Source of the DNA: a virus
DNA: 64,000 nucleotides
IMG/VR virus record: IMGVR_UViG_3300004463_001172
Span: 32,001 to 96,000 of that record
Direction: 5' to 3' (one strand)
Positions 36,762 to 46,953 of the stretch are shown in pieces; the first letter of the stretch is position 1; every line of letters begins with the position of its first letter. Position numbers and translations under genes: made by a program. The notes below the pieces were generated by a model that worked only from the letters and a program-made list of their open reading frames with translations, did not search any database and was not told the DNA's origin.

Positions 36762-37001
36762 TCAGAGGATGACCCTCCAAGCGATCCGCAGTACTGTTAA
36801 AGCCCCAGCAAGCGCTACGACCAGGACCAATGCAACTGAGACGCCAACCCCATGCCAAAATAAGCATTTAACGACCCATGGCGCCTGATCTTGCTTCTGA
36901 ATATCCCTAATATGGATCATGGTCCAAAAAGAGAACCCTGCCAATCCTGCATAAGCGAGCATGCCGAGGCAGAGCGCGAATTGCACGGGAAACGTCATCA
37001 C
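36762..37001 (-). CDS. Small two-TM membrane protein
   Basis: Two hydrophobic segments; coupled to the terminase stop. Confidence 0.55.
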   Translation of the reverse strand: MMTFPVQFALCLGMLAYAGLAGFSFWTMIHIRDIQKQDQAPWVVKCLFWHGVGVSVALVLVVALAGALTVLRIAWRVIL

Positions 37002-38575
37002 ATCCCTCGACGGAAGAAACTGCGCCCTCGGTTGATCTCTGGCTCAGGGCGCGGTTGTGAGGTCTGCGCTTCACGCCAGATGCGCTGCATCTCGTCAGGG
37101 CTCACATCCTGGGCCGGGCCGCCATCTTCCGTGAGCGCTAAAAACCCATGCCACGCACCTTCGATTTGATCATCATGGCCGCCGGGGAAGCCATCCGCCT
37201 CAGTTAACCAGGCCGCATTCCATGCCCCGGCGACTAATCGCACATTGCCCGCCTCGGCTTGGGACGCAAAGGGCCTCGCGGTGGTTTCTTTGTTGATCGT
37301 TTGTGGCCGCATCACAACCGTATACCCGGCGAGTTGACGGACGTGATATTCCACCTCCATTTTTCCCGCTTGGCCAGGGTCTTTGAGCAACACAATCCGA
37401 ACATCATGGCCGTCTTGTGCGGCCGTATGGTGAATCATCGCCTCAACGCCAGACGAGGAGACGCGATCCCGCTGGACATCGGCCACATAGATATAGCCGG
37501 CGGGGTCCCGGCCTACGAGCACGCCCGCCGTGTAATCCGGGTCTGGATTCTGTGGGCTGGGCTCCGTCCCCGCCCGATCCCAGACCCGCACCCACTGGCA
37601 ATCGGCTGGCGCGGCTGGAACAACATCAAACCAATGTCGCTTAAAAAATTGTCCAGCAGTGGGCCGCGCTTTCCAGTTCCCATAACGGAGGCGCTCCCGG
37701 AGATACCCCACTTGAAGCATCAGGTTGGATTCATAGTGTGGGTCGCGCTCGCGCCCCACCGGGTTATCTTCGAGCGTGCCAGGGATAAACGCGACAGACT
37801 TAGGAAAGATGCCCGGTCCATACGTTTCATAGAGCTCCGTATCGGTGTTTGCCCAGGCGAAGTCATCATTGGGCGTGCGAATAAACCACCGCGTGCAGCC
37901 CGCCCGTGCCGCAATGGGAAACCCCTCCGCATCAATCCACCATGATAAAAATGTGGCCAACCATGAATCCGGATCAGGGTTGCACGTCGCCCGACAATAC
38001 GGGCGCACGCCACAGGTGGACCGATTGCGGCCAAGCATATAAAAGAATTGACTACTCGAAAACTCTTCGAGCTGATCAAAACAGAGGAGACAAATCTGTG
38101 AACCATAGTAGGCAAACTCATCGCCCGCGTGCTGCAGATGGGCAAAGTTGACGGACGCGCCCTGCGGAAAGGTCCAATTCATTTTTGAAGGTACCGCGCC
38201 CAGCGGCCGATACAGCTTTTGGCTCTCATCCCACATACCGCCTTCGACGGTAATCCGTGAGTACGTTCGGCGGAAAATCGTCGCACCAAAATCGCGGTTC
38301 GCAATATGGTGGAGCGGTTCAAGTAAGAGCGCAAAGGTCTTGCCAGCGTAGGCCGCCCCGCCAAAGATGACAATGTCCGCCGTCTCGTGGAGTACCTGGA
38401 CTTGCTTCGGTTGTGGCGTAATCCCTAAGCGCTGCAGGCTCTCCGATAAACTATCGAGCGGTAGCGCTGCTCGATCCGGCTCTGGCGGCACCAACTGCTC
38501 AGAAAATCTCTGCCGCCAGCGATCCATCACCGACAGCTTGCGCGCCACCCCAGGCCCCAGGCTATTCATACCCAT
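36998..38575 (-). CDS. terL: Terminase large subunit
   Basis: FGGAAYAGKT Walker A, LLCFDQLEE Walker B, ATCNP motif III, WDRAG and HDDQIE nuclease motifs. Confidence 0.95.
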   Translation of the reverse strand: MGMNSLGPGVARKLSVMDRWRQRFSEQLVPPEPDRAALPLDSLSESLQRLGITPQPKQVQVLHETADIVIFGGAAYAGKTFALLLEPLHHIANRDFGATIFRRTYSRITVEGGMWDESQKLYRPLGAVPSKMNWTFPQGASVNFAHLQHAGDEFAYYGSQICLLCFDQLEEFSSSQFFYMLGRNRSTCGVRPYCRATCNPDPDSWLATFLSWWIDAEGFPIAARAGCTRWFIRTPNDDFAWANTDTELYETYGPGIFPKSVAFIPGTLEDNPVGRERDPHYESNLMLQVGYLRERLRYGNWKARPTAGQFFKRHWFDVVPAAPADCQWVRVWDRAGTEPSPQNPDPDYTAGVLVGRDPAGYIYVADVQRDRVSSSGVEAMIHHTAAQDGHDVRIVLLKDPGQAGKMEVEYHVRQLAGYTVVMRPQTINKETTARPFASQAEAGNVRLVAGAWNAAWLTEADGFPGGHDDQIEGAWHGFLALTEDGGPAQDVSPDEMQRIWREAQTSQPRPEPEINRGRSFFRRGM

Positions 38576-39230
38576 TCTGTCCCTGCCGCATCAGCACCGT
38601 CCCTTGCATATCCGCGGCAATCGCCGCTAAGACTTTTCGGTCGGTCACATGGCGCTGAATAATCTGAACCGTCTGTGTCAGCAGGAGCATGGCTTGATCC
38701 ATATTCAGCACTTCATGGGCTTGCGTGAGCCGGCGATTCTCACTATCACAGAGCTTGCGCCGCAGCTCAAATTGCTTACTGAGCTCATCCCAGGCGGCAT
38801 AGTCATTGGCGCCTTGACTGACGTAGCGCTCGGCCTGCGACAACGCGATCATCATCCCATCAATGTTCTTGCGAGATTCTTCCATCCGCATCTTCGCAAA
38901 GGCCTCTTGAGCCTGGCGCCAGAGGCTCCCGGCTTCCCCGGCATCCACACGCTTGAGCAAATCGATAATGCGGGCATCGGTCGCCGCAATCGCATCGCGG
39001 AGTTCGAGGAGGGTCTCATCCTTGAGCGACGCTTCCGCATCAGCAGCCATGCGCGAGGGAAGAAATTTAGAATATTTCCCGGTGCGGAAATGGGGCGAGC
39101 CTGGCCCTATCGGTGATTTACCACCATGGATATAACAGACTTCACGGCCTCGTGAGGCGCGGCGTTGACAGGGTTGCTGAGAGCGTTTCGATTTCGCCTT
39201 ACACTGCATCTCGGCTATCCATAAGGTCAC
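38562..39230 (-). CDS. Terminase small subunit-like protein with HGG Zn-finger
   Basis: CKAKSKRSQQPC...CYIHGGKS...TGKYSK; directly upstream of terL. Confidence 0.75.
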   Translation of the reverse strand: MTLWIAEMQCKAKSKRSQQPCQRRASRGREVCYIHGGKSPIGPGSPHFRTGKYSKFLPSRMAADAEASLKDETLLELRDAIAATDARIIDLLKRVDAGEAGSLWRQAQEAFAKMRMEESRKNIDGMMIALSQAERYVSQGANDYAAWDELSKQFELRRKLCDSENRRLTQAHEVLNMDQAMLLLTQTVQIIQRHVTDRKVLAAIAADMQGTVLMRQGQNGYE

Positions 39231-39250
39231 TAAAAACCAAGAGGTTATAT

Positions 39251-39625
39251 CTAACGCTTCGGTACAAGCGTCATCCCATAGTCATTGATCCCGCGAGGAA
39301 TCTCCAACCCTGGCTTACGAATGAGTTGGTTATGCTTGAAAGGTCGATAATCCACTTGATGCAGCCAGCGCTGCCATTTCCTCGTAATCTTCACGACGTC
39401 AGGATGTTGCTGTTGCAGAGAACGCGCCATTTCGAGTCGGCCATCAAAGTCAAGTGTTTTGCGATACAGTTCATCAGTATTCCCACCACGGATCGTCATA
39501 GTTGGTAGTTTTGCTGCTAAAAACGCATTAAACAAGATAGTGCAGTAGCCATCTTTGAGAAACCGTAGCGACAAATCCGTATCTTCGTTATACCGTCCTC
39601 TCCAGCGATACGTAACTGTGTTACT
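39251..39625 (-). pseudogene. C-terminal fragment of a TET-associated (TAGT/GREB1-like) glycosyltransferase
   Basis: RWRGRYNEDTDLSLRFLKDGYCTILFNAFL..K..T....GGNTDELY...SL..QHPD; N-terminal half missing. Confidence 0.75.
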
Positions 39626-39722
39626 GTTGAATTTGCGGATGCACACGAATGTTCATCGGGTGCGCGAGGAAATCCTTCGCGGGCAGGACATCATGCTTTA
39701 CGATGCGATTTTCCCAGGCCAT
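39621..39722 (-). pseudogene. N-terminal 33 codons of a ParB-like protein
   Basis: GGAGG RBS, MAWENRIVKHDVLPAKDFLAHPMNIRVHPQIQQ then stop. Confidence 0.6.
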
Positions 39723-39877
39723 CCAACCTCCGCCAATAACGTGGTTCCCATCGCCCCAAGATCCTCCATCGCATGGTTATTATTACATAAATGACAGAGC
39801 GAATCCGCCACGTCAAGTCCGACCACACGCCAGCAGCGGAGCCGCCAACTCTTTTTTCAGAGACGTGTCATATTTAC

Positions 39878-39906
39878 TTGACAAATTTGCTATCATGAGA
39901 TACATT
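39878..39906 (+). promoter_or_regulatory. Promoter TTGACA-17-TACATT
   Basis: Near-consensus boxes at the strand switch. Confidence 0.7.
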
Positions 39907-39949
39907 ATAACTATCAGATACAGGGTCATCACACGAGAGAGGAGCGCAC

Positions 39950-40354
39950 ATGGCCGCACGAGGGTTAGGCAGTAAGTACCAGGGCTCGAAGTGGATCACT
40001 CGCGAGCGGCGATTAGGTATTTATCTGCGAGATGGGCTGGCATGTGCGTACTGCGGTCAGGGGTTGGAAGATGGCATCCTACTGACGCTGGATCACCTTG
40101 TCCCTCATATTGCTGGGGGTAGCAACGACTCCGCGAACTTAGTGACAGCCTGCAGAACGTGCAATAGCGCCCGCGCCGAGCGCCCGATTGAAGAGTTTGC
40201 CGCACGAGTCGCCGGATACCTGAATCATGGCATCACGGCTGAATCGATCGTGAAACACATTACCACCACGACGCAACGCCCCGTTGATCTTGCTGCGGCC
40301 AAGGCGCTCATTGCGGCTCGCGGGAGCTTTCGCAACGCCTTATACGGAGCGTAA
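39950..40354 (+). CDS. HNH endonuclease
   Basis: IYLRDGLACAYCG, LTLDHLVP..GGSND..NLVTACRTCNS. Confidence 0.9.
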   Translation: MAARGLGSKYQGSKWITRERRLGIYLRDGLACAYCGQGLEDGILLTLDHLVPHIAGGSNDSANLVTACRTCNSARAERPIEEFAARVAGYLNHGITAESIVKHITTTTQRPVDLAAAKALIAARGSFRNALYGA

Positions 40355-40358
40355 TCCG

Positions 40359-40838
40359 ATGGACCCGTCGCAGACGCACCCATGGCTGGCCTTGCGACTA
40401 CAAGGCTGGACCTATCGACAAATCGGCAACAAATTTGGTGTAAGCGGTCAAGCCGTCCATCAGGTTCTCACTCCCCCACCACCGATTCGAGCCGTTGTCG
40501 CGCAGCGGGCGCACGAACGCTGTGACGTCTGTCGTGTGGACCTCGGCCTGACCGGTGAGGTGCATCATCCCAGTGGCGATGATCCCCACCATTGGCAAGA
40601 TCTCGACCAGCTTCAATACCTCTGTAGGAACCATCACTGGGAAGCCCACGGATTGTGCCTCCCCAGTCGCCAACCTCCTAAAGGGCTCCTGCTTCGGTTA
40701 TCTCCAGCATTGATGGCTCGCCTGAAACGCGCTTCGACCGCTCATCACCAATCCCTCCAAGCCATCGGGATACAAGCGCTAGAAGCCTGGCTCGCCAGGC
40801 AAGAACCCCCACCGAAGTACCAGCCGGGTGAATCTTGA
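40359..40838 (+). CDS. HTH + HNH-like + RHH-like mosaic protein
   Basis: GWTYRQIGNKFGVSGQAV; CDVC...VHH...LCRNHH; LLLRLSPALMARLK. Confidence 0.65.
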   Translation: MDPSQTHPWLALRLQGWTYRQIGNKFGVSGQAVHQVLTPPPPIRAVVAQRAHERCDVCRVDLGLTGEVHHPSGDDPHHWQDLDQLQYLCRNHHWEAHGLCLPSRQPPKGLLLRLSPALMARLKRASTAHHQSLQAIGIQALEAWLARQEPPPKYQPGES

Positions 40839-40930
40839 CAGATATGATTGCAACGATCCTTACGCACCGTTTAGAAAAACTCTCTCAGGCATATATGGGC
40901 GAGAAATCTTTTGACGACTCACCCATAAAC

Positions 40931-40971
40931 ATAAAATAAGCCTTGACTAAAACATAACTTTAGAATATATT
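40931..40971 (+). promoter_or_regulatory. Early-type promoter ATAAAATAAGCC-TTGACT-17-TATATT
   Basis: 17 bp identical to 43871-43887. Confidence 0.8.
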
Positions 40972-41484
40972 AACTAGTGACAACAGAGAGAGGAGAACCC
41001 CACACGAATAGGAGCGCACACATAGAGATGATACCATTACCACCACCTGATCAAATTGCTCAACGCCACCACGGCAGCCAAGATCGATCGCTCACACGTC
41101 AAGAGCTTCACCCCAGGCCTCATTATACGCGGACCGTCTGTGGTCTCGTTGTGCTGACCATGGAGTTATTAGCGCCCTATGTCGCCAGTCAACCAAATTG
41201 TAAAATCTGCTATCCCAAATGATTAAAGGAATACAGTCCATAGCCTCAGAGACATCACCATGAAAGACAAAGGCCTTACCAGTGTTCCTGCACTAGTAAG
41301 GCCTCATACGCTCATAGGCTGTGGTACCCAGACGTTAGAAGCGTCCGGTCTCCTCGAATCACCACATTTTCTCATCATCCGCTCGCTTCGTGATACCTTT
41401 GCGACCTGTCGGTGTGGTGCCTGGGAACTCACCCGACCGACAGGAAGCCTTTCATCACCACATCTCCACGAAAGGAGCTACCCG

Positions 41485-43832
41485 ATGCCCACAGTGAAAG
41501 AACTCGCCTTGGGAATTGACCCCAATGGTGAATGGGACTTTTTTTACATGGCCGATTCGCCAGCATCCGCGCTGTATTACGCTGGCCCGTCCGCCTGTGA
41601 GCCAGAGCAGGAGCGCTACTGTGAGGCCTGCCGCCGTGTCCGTGAAGATGGCTGGCCCTACATCACAGAGTCTAAGCAGGAATATGTCATTATCAGGGAA
41701 GATGAGGAAGCCTGGCACACTGCCGTAGAGGCCATGCTCCACCGCATGGCCGAAGAGGACGCTGAATAACACAAAAGGCCTGCCGAGACCGAGCATCTCG
41801 ACAGGCCCATCCGACACCCAAGCACGATAGCAGGAGTCTACCATATGCGCGCCTCCACAGGCAATGGTTCAGTGACGTTACTCTGCTCTGGGTCACTTGG
41901 TCAACGCTTTGCTGATCGACTAGGCCCTGCACTCGCCGCCAATGGCGTCACCTATCGCTCAGACTATACCGACGATCTCACGCCGTCGCTCACCATTCAA
42001 CAACACACGTACAAGGAATGGCGCCGGATTAAGCGATTGGTTCGGGAAATCCGCGCCACGTTAGACTACGTGCGCTGCCGCTGTGGTCACACGAAGCCGG
42101 AACATCCTCGCATCCCACGGGGGACCCATCCACTTTATAAGTGCATCGAGTCATGTACCTGCAACGGTTACCGCGAAGCATACAACACTCCAGAGGAAAA
42201 TTAACCATGCCCATCTCTCTCCGTGCGCTCAATCGCACCTATGCCCGATATAAGGCATCTTGGCCCAGCAGTGTCCCTACTCGTTTTGTCGCTGTCACCG
42301 ATCCGTCTACTGTTCAACGCATGCTCGCGTCTACGATGTCTTGTTGCTGGGGCGCTGGCCAGACCATTGATGACACGGGCTGGGTTCAACTCTGTAGTCC
42401 TAGTCCCAGTCACAAGCATGATCCTCGTATAATCTTCGTCTGTCGGCAGCATTTACTGCCAAACAAAGACTAGGCTACTGATCGTAACGAGACTCTCTCG
42501 TCTTAATCGGTGGCAACTTAACGGAGAAACAACATTGAACGAGCACGTAAGTTTTCAAAAAGAACTGACAGCACTCATTAATAAGCACAGCTTAGAAAAC
42601 GGCTCGAACACGCCGGATTTTCTTCTGGCTGGATACCTTCATGAATGTCTCCTCGCATTTAACTCCGCCACCCGCACGCGAGAGGATTGGTATGGTCGTA
42701 CATATGATTCACCAGCATCCACACCCGCTGGATCATCACTCGAACACATACCTTTCAACCAGAGTCAATCCATCGTGGTGAGTTGGGATTACCGCGAGCA
42801 ACCCAATTGGATCGATATTCAGGCAGCACTACGGGCGTTTGACCACCCACAGATAACCACAGTTGAACATACAGGAGATGACCAAATCGCCGTGATTATC
42901 AGCAATCGACTGTTTACCCAAGAGGAAGCCGCCGCACGATATTCCCTCGAATAAGGAGCCCCCATGGACGAGCAGATTAAAGATCAATGGATTCAAGCCT
43001 TACGCTCTGGAGTCTATCACCAAACGACCAAGACCCTCAAAGATGCGGCCGGATTTTGTTGTCTCGGGGTCCTGTGTGAGCTCCATCGCCAGATGACAGG
43101 CCGTGGTCGCTGGGATACCAACGGAGACTATATTGCAAACGGCGAGCGAAGCGACGGCGGATTACCCATCCCCGTTGTGCAGTGGGCCGGTGTCAGTAGT
43201 AAAAACCCCCTCTTATGGACCAGCCCAGGCCGCTGGGAAACCGCCGCCGCCTTAAATGACCAGGGCATGTCCTTCCTAGACATCGCGTCGTGTATTGAGG
43301 CTGAGCCTCACGTCTGAGAGCCCAACGCCCCATAGCCCTAGTTGCCCCCAGGAGCCACGATCACCTGGGGGCCTGACCCGTTCCCTTGGAGGTGTCTCAA
43401 TGCCCACACCCCTTGAGGTCGTCGTCAGCGCCGCCAAGAACGTGGCGTTGACGGCCGATATGGTGGCAAATGGCTATGCCCTCATGGCGGCCCTGGAAGC
43501 GGACCTCGAAGCGCTTGAAGAGGCGCTCGCGGCCTGGCGCCAAGCGACCGCCCTGGACGACACGACCCGTTCGCGTCCATAACCTTCTCGCGTCCGTGAA
43601 AGGAGTGGTACATATGGTGTTAGTCACTCGCACCAGACGACTCTTGCTGGCTCGTGGGTGGATGCACGACCCCTATACTACCCATTATCGCATCACCAAG
43701 CGCCAAGCCCGGGGGCTTACCGTCCAAGATATCCCTCGTGGCGTGTCCCTGCATATCGACACCCCGGAGGATACCGATTGCCCGCATTGCTCGACACACA
43801 TCCACCCCGTGCTTACTGGACTCATGTCTTGA
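41485..43832 (+). other. Operon of small orphan early genes
   Basis: ORFs with RBS at 41485-41769, 41845-42204, 42207-42473, 42535-42954, 42964-43317, 43400-43582, 43614-43832. Confidence 0.65.
42964..43317 (+). CDS. Conserved phage hypothetical protein
   Basis: W..ALRSG.Y.Q....L....CCLGVLCE...LND.G.SF..IA..IE pattern; AAGGAG RBS. Confidence 0.7.
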   Translation: MDEQIKDQWIQALRSGVYHQTTKTLKDAAGFCCLGVLCELHRQMTGRGRWDTNGDYIANGERSDGGLPIPVVQWAGVSSKNPLLWTSPGRWETAAALNDQGMSFLDIASCIEAEPHV

Positions 43833-43870
43833 TCGGTCGCGTCCATCACCTGCTCGCGTCCCTCATTAAT

Positions 43871-43911
43871 ATAAAATAAGCCTTGACATATACATCATCA
43901 TGGTATATATT
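43871..43911 (+). promoter_or_regulatory. Early-type promoter TTGACA-17-TATATT
   Basis: Homologous to the 40931 and 45116 promoters. Confidence 0.8.
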
Positions 43912-44137
43912 AAACACCGTGAAATACACAGACAATAACTCATAAATAATGAAGATCACCACCCATGAGAACACTATCGAAACGTGTACATCGGTGCCCA
44001 ACTCAGGCGTGTTGCCGATGTGAGGGGCACCAAGGCAATCATTGGTGCTCCGTCTGTAACTCTCAAGATTTATCAGGCAAAGCCTACGAGGCACACGAAT
44101 GTTATCAAGCCCCCGATGCTCAATAATGAGGTGTCAT

Positions 44138-44635
44138 ATGCCACTAATTCACCACAAGGCCACCAACCTCCCCCAGAGGCTGGTGCGGCTCCTGGAATTT
44201 TTGAAGGATACCAAGCGGACCACGGAAGAGATTCGCGTCCATGGGGGGCCAACAGGAAAACCATATAAAAATGCCCACACCGCCAAGAATGTGTGTTATG
44301 ACGCGGCTAAGCTGGGCTTCAACCTCCACCATGATCTCACCAGTGATCAGTGGTGGATTAACTCAGATGACCTCCCCAAGGACCTGAACACCCTGGGTGT
44401 CCGCCAGCCTCGGCTTTTTAAACCCACGGCGCAGATCAGAAAGCTGCGAAAGCTGCTCATGGTCAGGCCTCGTTCGGCGGAAGAAATCGCCGAGGTGCTC
44501 GGGTATTACCAAGTGTCCTCAGCACGGGACTTGTGCTACCGAGCCCGGCGGCCGCCATATAACTTGCCGCTCGTCCGTGACGCCAACACCAAGCTCTGGA
44601 CCATCGACCAGGAGAAGGGGACAAACCATGACTAA
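44138..44635 (+). CDS. Putative DNA-binding protein with two winged-helix-like repeats
   Basis: RLLEFLKDTKRTTEEI...AKNVCYDAAK.GFNL..D...W and KLRKLLMVRPRSAEEI...ARDLCYRARR..YNL...D...W. Confidence 0.55.
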   Translation: MPLIHHKATNLPQRLVRLLEFLKDTKRTTEEIRVHGGPTGKPYKNAHTAKNVCYDAAKLGFNLHHDLTSDQWWINSDDLPKDLNTLGVRQPRLFKPTAQIRKLRKLLMVRPRSAEEIAEVLGYYQVSSARDLCYRARRPPYNLPLVRDANTKLWTIDQEKGTNHD

Positions 44636-45115
44636 AGCCGAAGCCATCCGACAAGTCACTGCCCTCAATATCCCTTTTATAAATCTGGTCGATGGCCAAT
44701 GTAGCCCAGAGGCCACCCGGCGATCGATGTCCGAGGATCATTTTGCCTGTATGACCCCTCGCTGCGGCGGAGAACTACTGGTCGTCTCCACCGATGCCCG
44801 CACGATCGACACCTTCGGCAGTGGGACTTTCACGTGCCCATGATGCACCTCAGCGCCCGTGCTGCTGCGCGGCTTGGTGTCCCCTTCGGCACACCCGTCC
44901 CGCATTTGGAACCAGCATCCATGTGGGATGTCATGCAGCAACGCCGTCATGGTGATGCCGTAATCGCCCTCATCGGGGATGATCGTGGCTATGCCCCCGA
45001 CTGGGAATATTTCATTGCTGTGGCCTGGGCACCTCAAGCAATTACCACAGAATATGGCGATCCGCATCATGTCCCAGGACTGTATTGAAAACACCAAAAA
45101 AACATAATATATACC

Positions 45116-45144
45116 TTTACAAAAACACAGTTATGGTATATATT
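45116..45144 (+). promoter_or_regulatory. Early-type promoter TTTACA-17-TATATT
   Basis: Shares ATGGTATATATTAAA with the 43871 promoter. Confidence 0.7.
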
Positions 45145-45960
45145 AAATATCAATGAATCACATCAATAACTACAACAAGGAGAACACATCATGGTACCCA
45201 TCGACATTCCAGAACAGAGCGGCTTGAGATGGTTAAAAACCGCTCAAGATTTTCAGGTGTTAAAAGGAATCACCTTCGCTGCCATGTCGCCTGACGCGGA
45301 AACGGCCCGCGTCCTCGGCAGCTCGGCTCAACTTATTCCTGATTCCATGGCCGTCAGTGTTGTCGCCTACGGCCACTATTGGTCCAGGGAAGCAAGGCCC
45401 TGGATTGATAAGGGCCAGGGCATCCGTGCCGACTTCTGGCGCGGGAAACGTCTCGAAGGCTAACCCTAATCGCACCCAACAAGGAGCATCATGAAAATCT
45501 ACTCAGAGTTTTTAAGAGGGTATCTCTCGCCTCTCACCAAAGCCGAGAAAAGGCGTGTCCGCCAAGCCGCGCAGCACATGGCGCGCGAGGGGAGAATCTT
45601 GGCGCACGCTAACCCGAGGGGCTTTTCCCCAGTCTATCCATCAGGCCCAGGGTTCAAATATACGATTAAGGCATATTACCCTGCCGAAGCTGACGAGGCA
45701 GGAGGCTATCAGGCCGCCGCGCCTGATCTCAGGTATGTCAAGTGCTGGGAGTTCATCACGGTCGATGAACTCTACTGCCGCGCCCCCGGTGCCGACATCT
45801 TCGCGGCTGCAAAGGCCGGCGAGGTCTATCGGGAGGAGTAACCCTAAGTGTGCGAGAGGGCTCCGGCCCTCTACCTGAAATAACAGGCCTGGCACGGTGC
45901 CAGGGAGGCATAGGGGTTTAGCACCCATCACCGCCAATGGGGCGGTAGAGGAGAGACATC

Positions 45961-46953
45961 ATGACCGGCCATCCCACCCGCACATTAACGTGTGCCATTA
46001 CCTTCCATTTAAGCCAGTTTGGGCAGAAACACGCACTCGCCAATGGCTTCGATGCCAGCACCCCACAAACCCGTACCGTGGAGATCACTACGGACGATCT
46101 CCCATGGGTTGAGGTGTCCGCTGACGGCTCCCTCGCTGCCATGCTATTTACCTATCGTCCTGATACGTGGGGCCAACTCCTCCGTGACCCTCTCGCTCTC
46201 GACGCCTACCCTTCAGATGAGACATTACTCGACCTCTGCCGGGCCATGGCGGCCGACAAGGCTGCTATCAAAGCCTCGATTAAGGCGGACGCTGCCGCCA
46301 AAGCTGAGCAACAAGCGGCGGAGCAGCGAGCGCTCCAAGCCAAACGGTCTGCCGTGGCCGCTGCGTTCTTCGCCAACCCCGCTGCCAGAGGCTCCTTTGC
46401 CATTGGCGGCAACGTCTGGATTGAGGATGGCACAGACACGAGGCTGGAATTTCCCCAAACCGATGAAGTCTATCAAGAAGCCGCTCGCCGCCAAGCGGCC
46501 GACGAAGAGGCTGCCCGGCAACGTGAGGCCCTCCGACAAGAAGAGATTGCAAAGTTTCTCGATGAGTATGCTGACACCAATGTTTTGGCTAGGTACCGAG
46601 CGGGCGTCCTTGACGCGAAGGAACTCATCGAAACGGTGTCAGACGTTATCTTCCAGGTGCTCGATTCAGGGTATCCCCACTATCGCCGCCTGACGCCAGA
46701 AGACGTATTACATGACGAGGCGTGCTATACCGCTGCCGAACCCACCTTTCACCGGAGCCCCCCATCCACCCTTACGGCGGCGCAGTGGGAGCGGCTGCAA
46801 GTCATCACGGCGCTCACGCCCCAAGGGGCCAGCGTTGAATACCGGCGGCATGTTGGCCTCTGTAAAGCCTGTGGTGCCACCGTGGAGCGGTTCGGGGTCT
46901 TTATCAAACTGGAGTGGAATGGCCTGACGCTTCGGCGTGAGTACGAAGGTTAA
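45961..46953 (+). CDS. Hypothetical protein, 330 aa, with Ala/Glu-rich coiled coil
   Basis: GAGGAG RBS; longest ORF in the block. Confidence 0.75.
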   Translation: MTGHPTRTLTCAITFHLSQFGQKHALANGFDASTPQTRTVEITTDDLPWVEVSADGSLAAMLFTYRPDTWGQLLRDPLALDAYPSDETLLDLCRAMAADKAAIKASIKADAAAKAEQQAAEQRALQAKRSAVAAAFFANPAARGSFAIGGNVWIEDGTDTRLEFPQTDEVYQEAARRQAADEEAARQREALRQEEIAKFLDEYADTNVLARYRAGVLDAKELIETVSDVIFQVLDSGYPHYRRLTPEDVLHDEACYTAAEPTFHRSPPSTLTAAQWERLQVITALTPQGASVEYRRHVGLCKACGATVERFGVFIKLEWNGLTLRREYEG

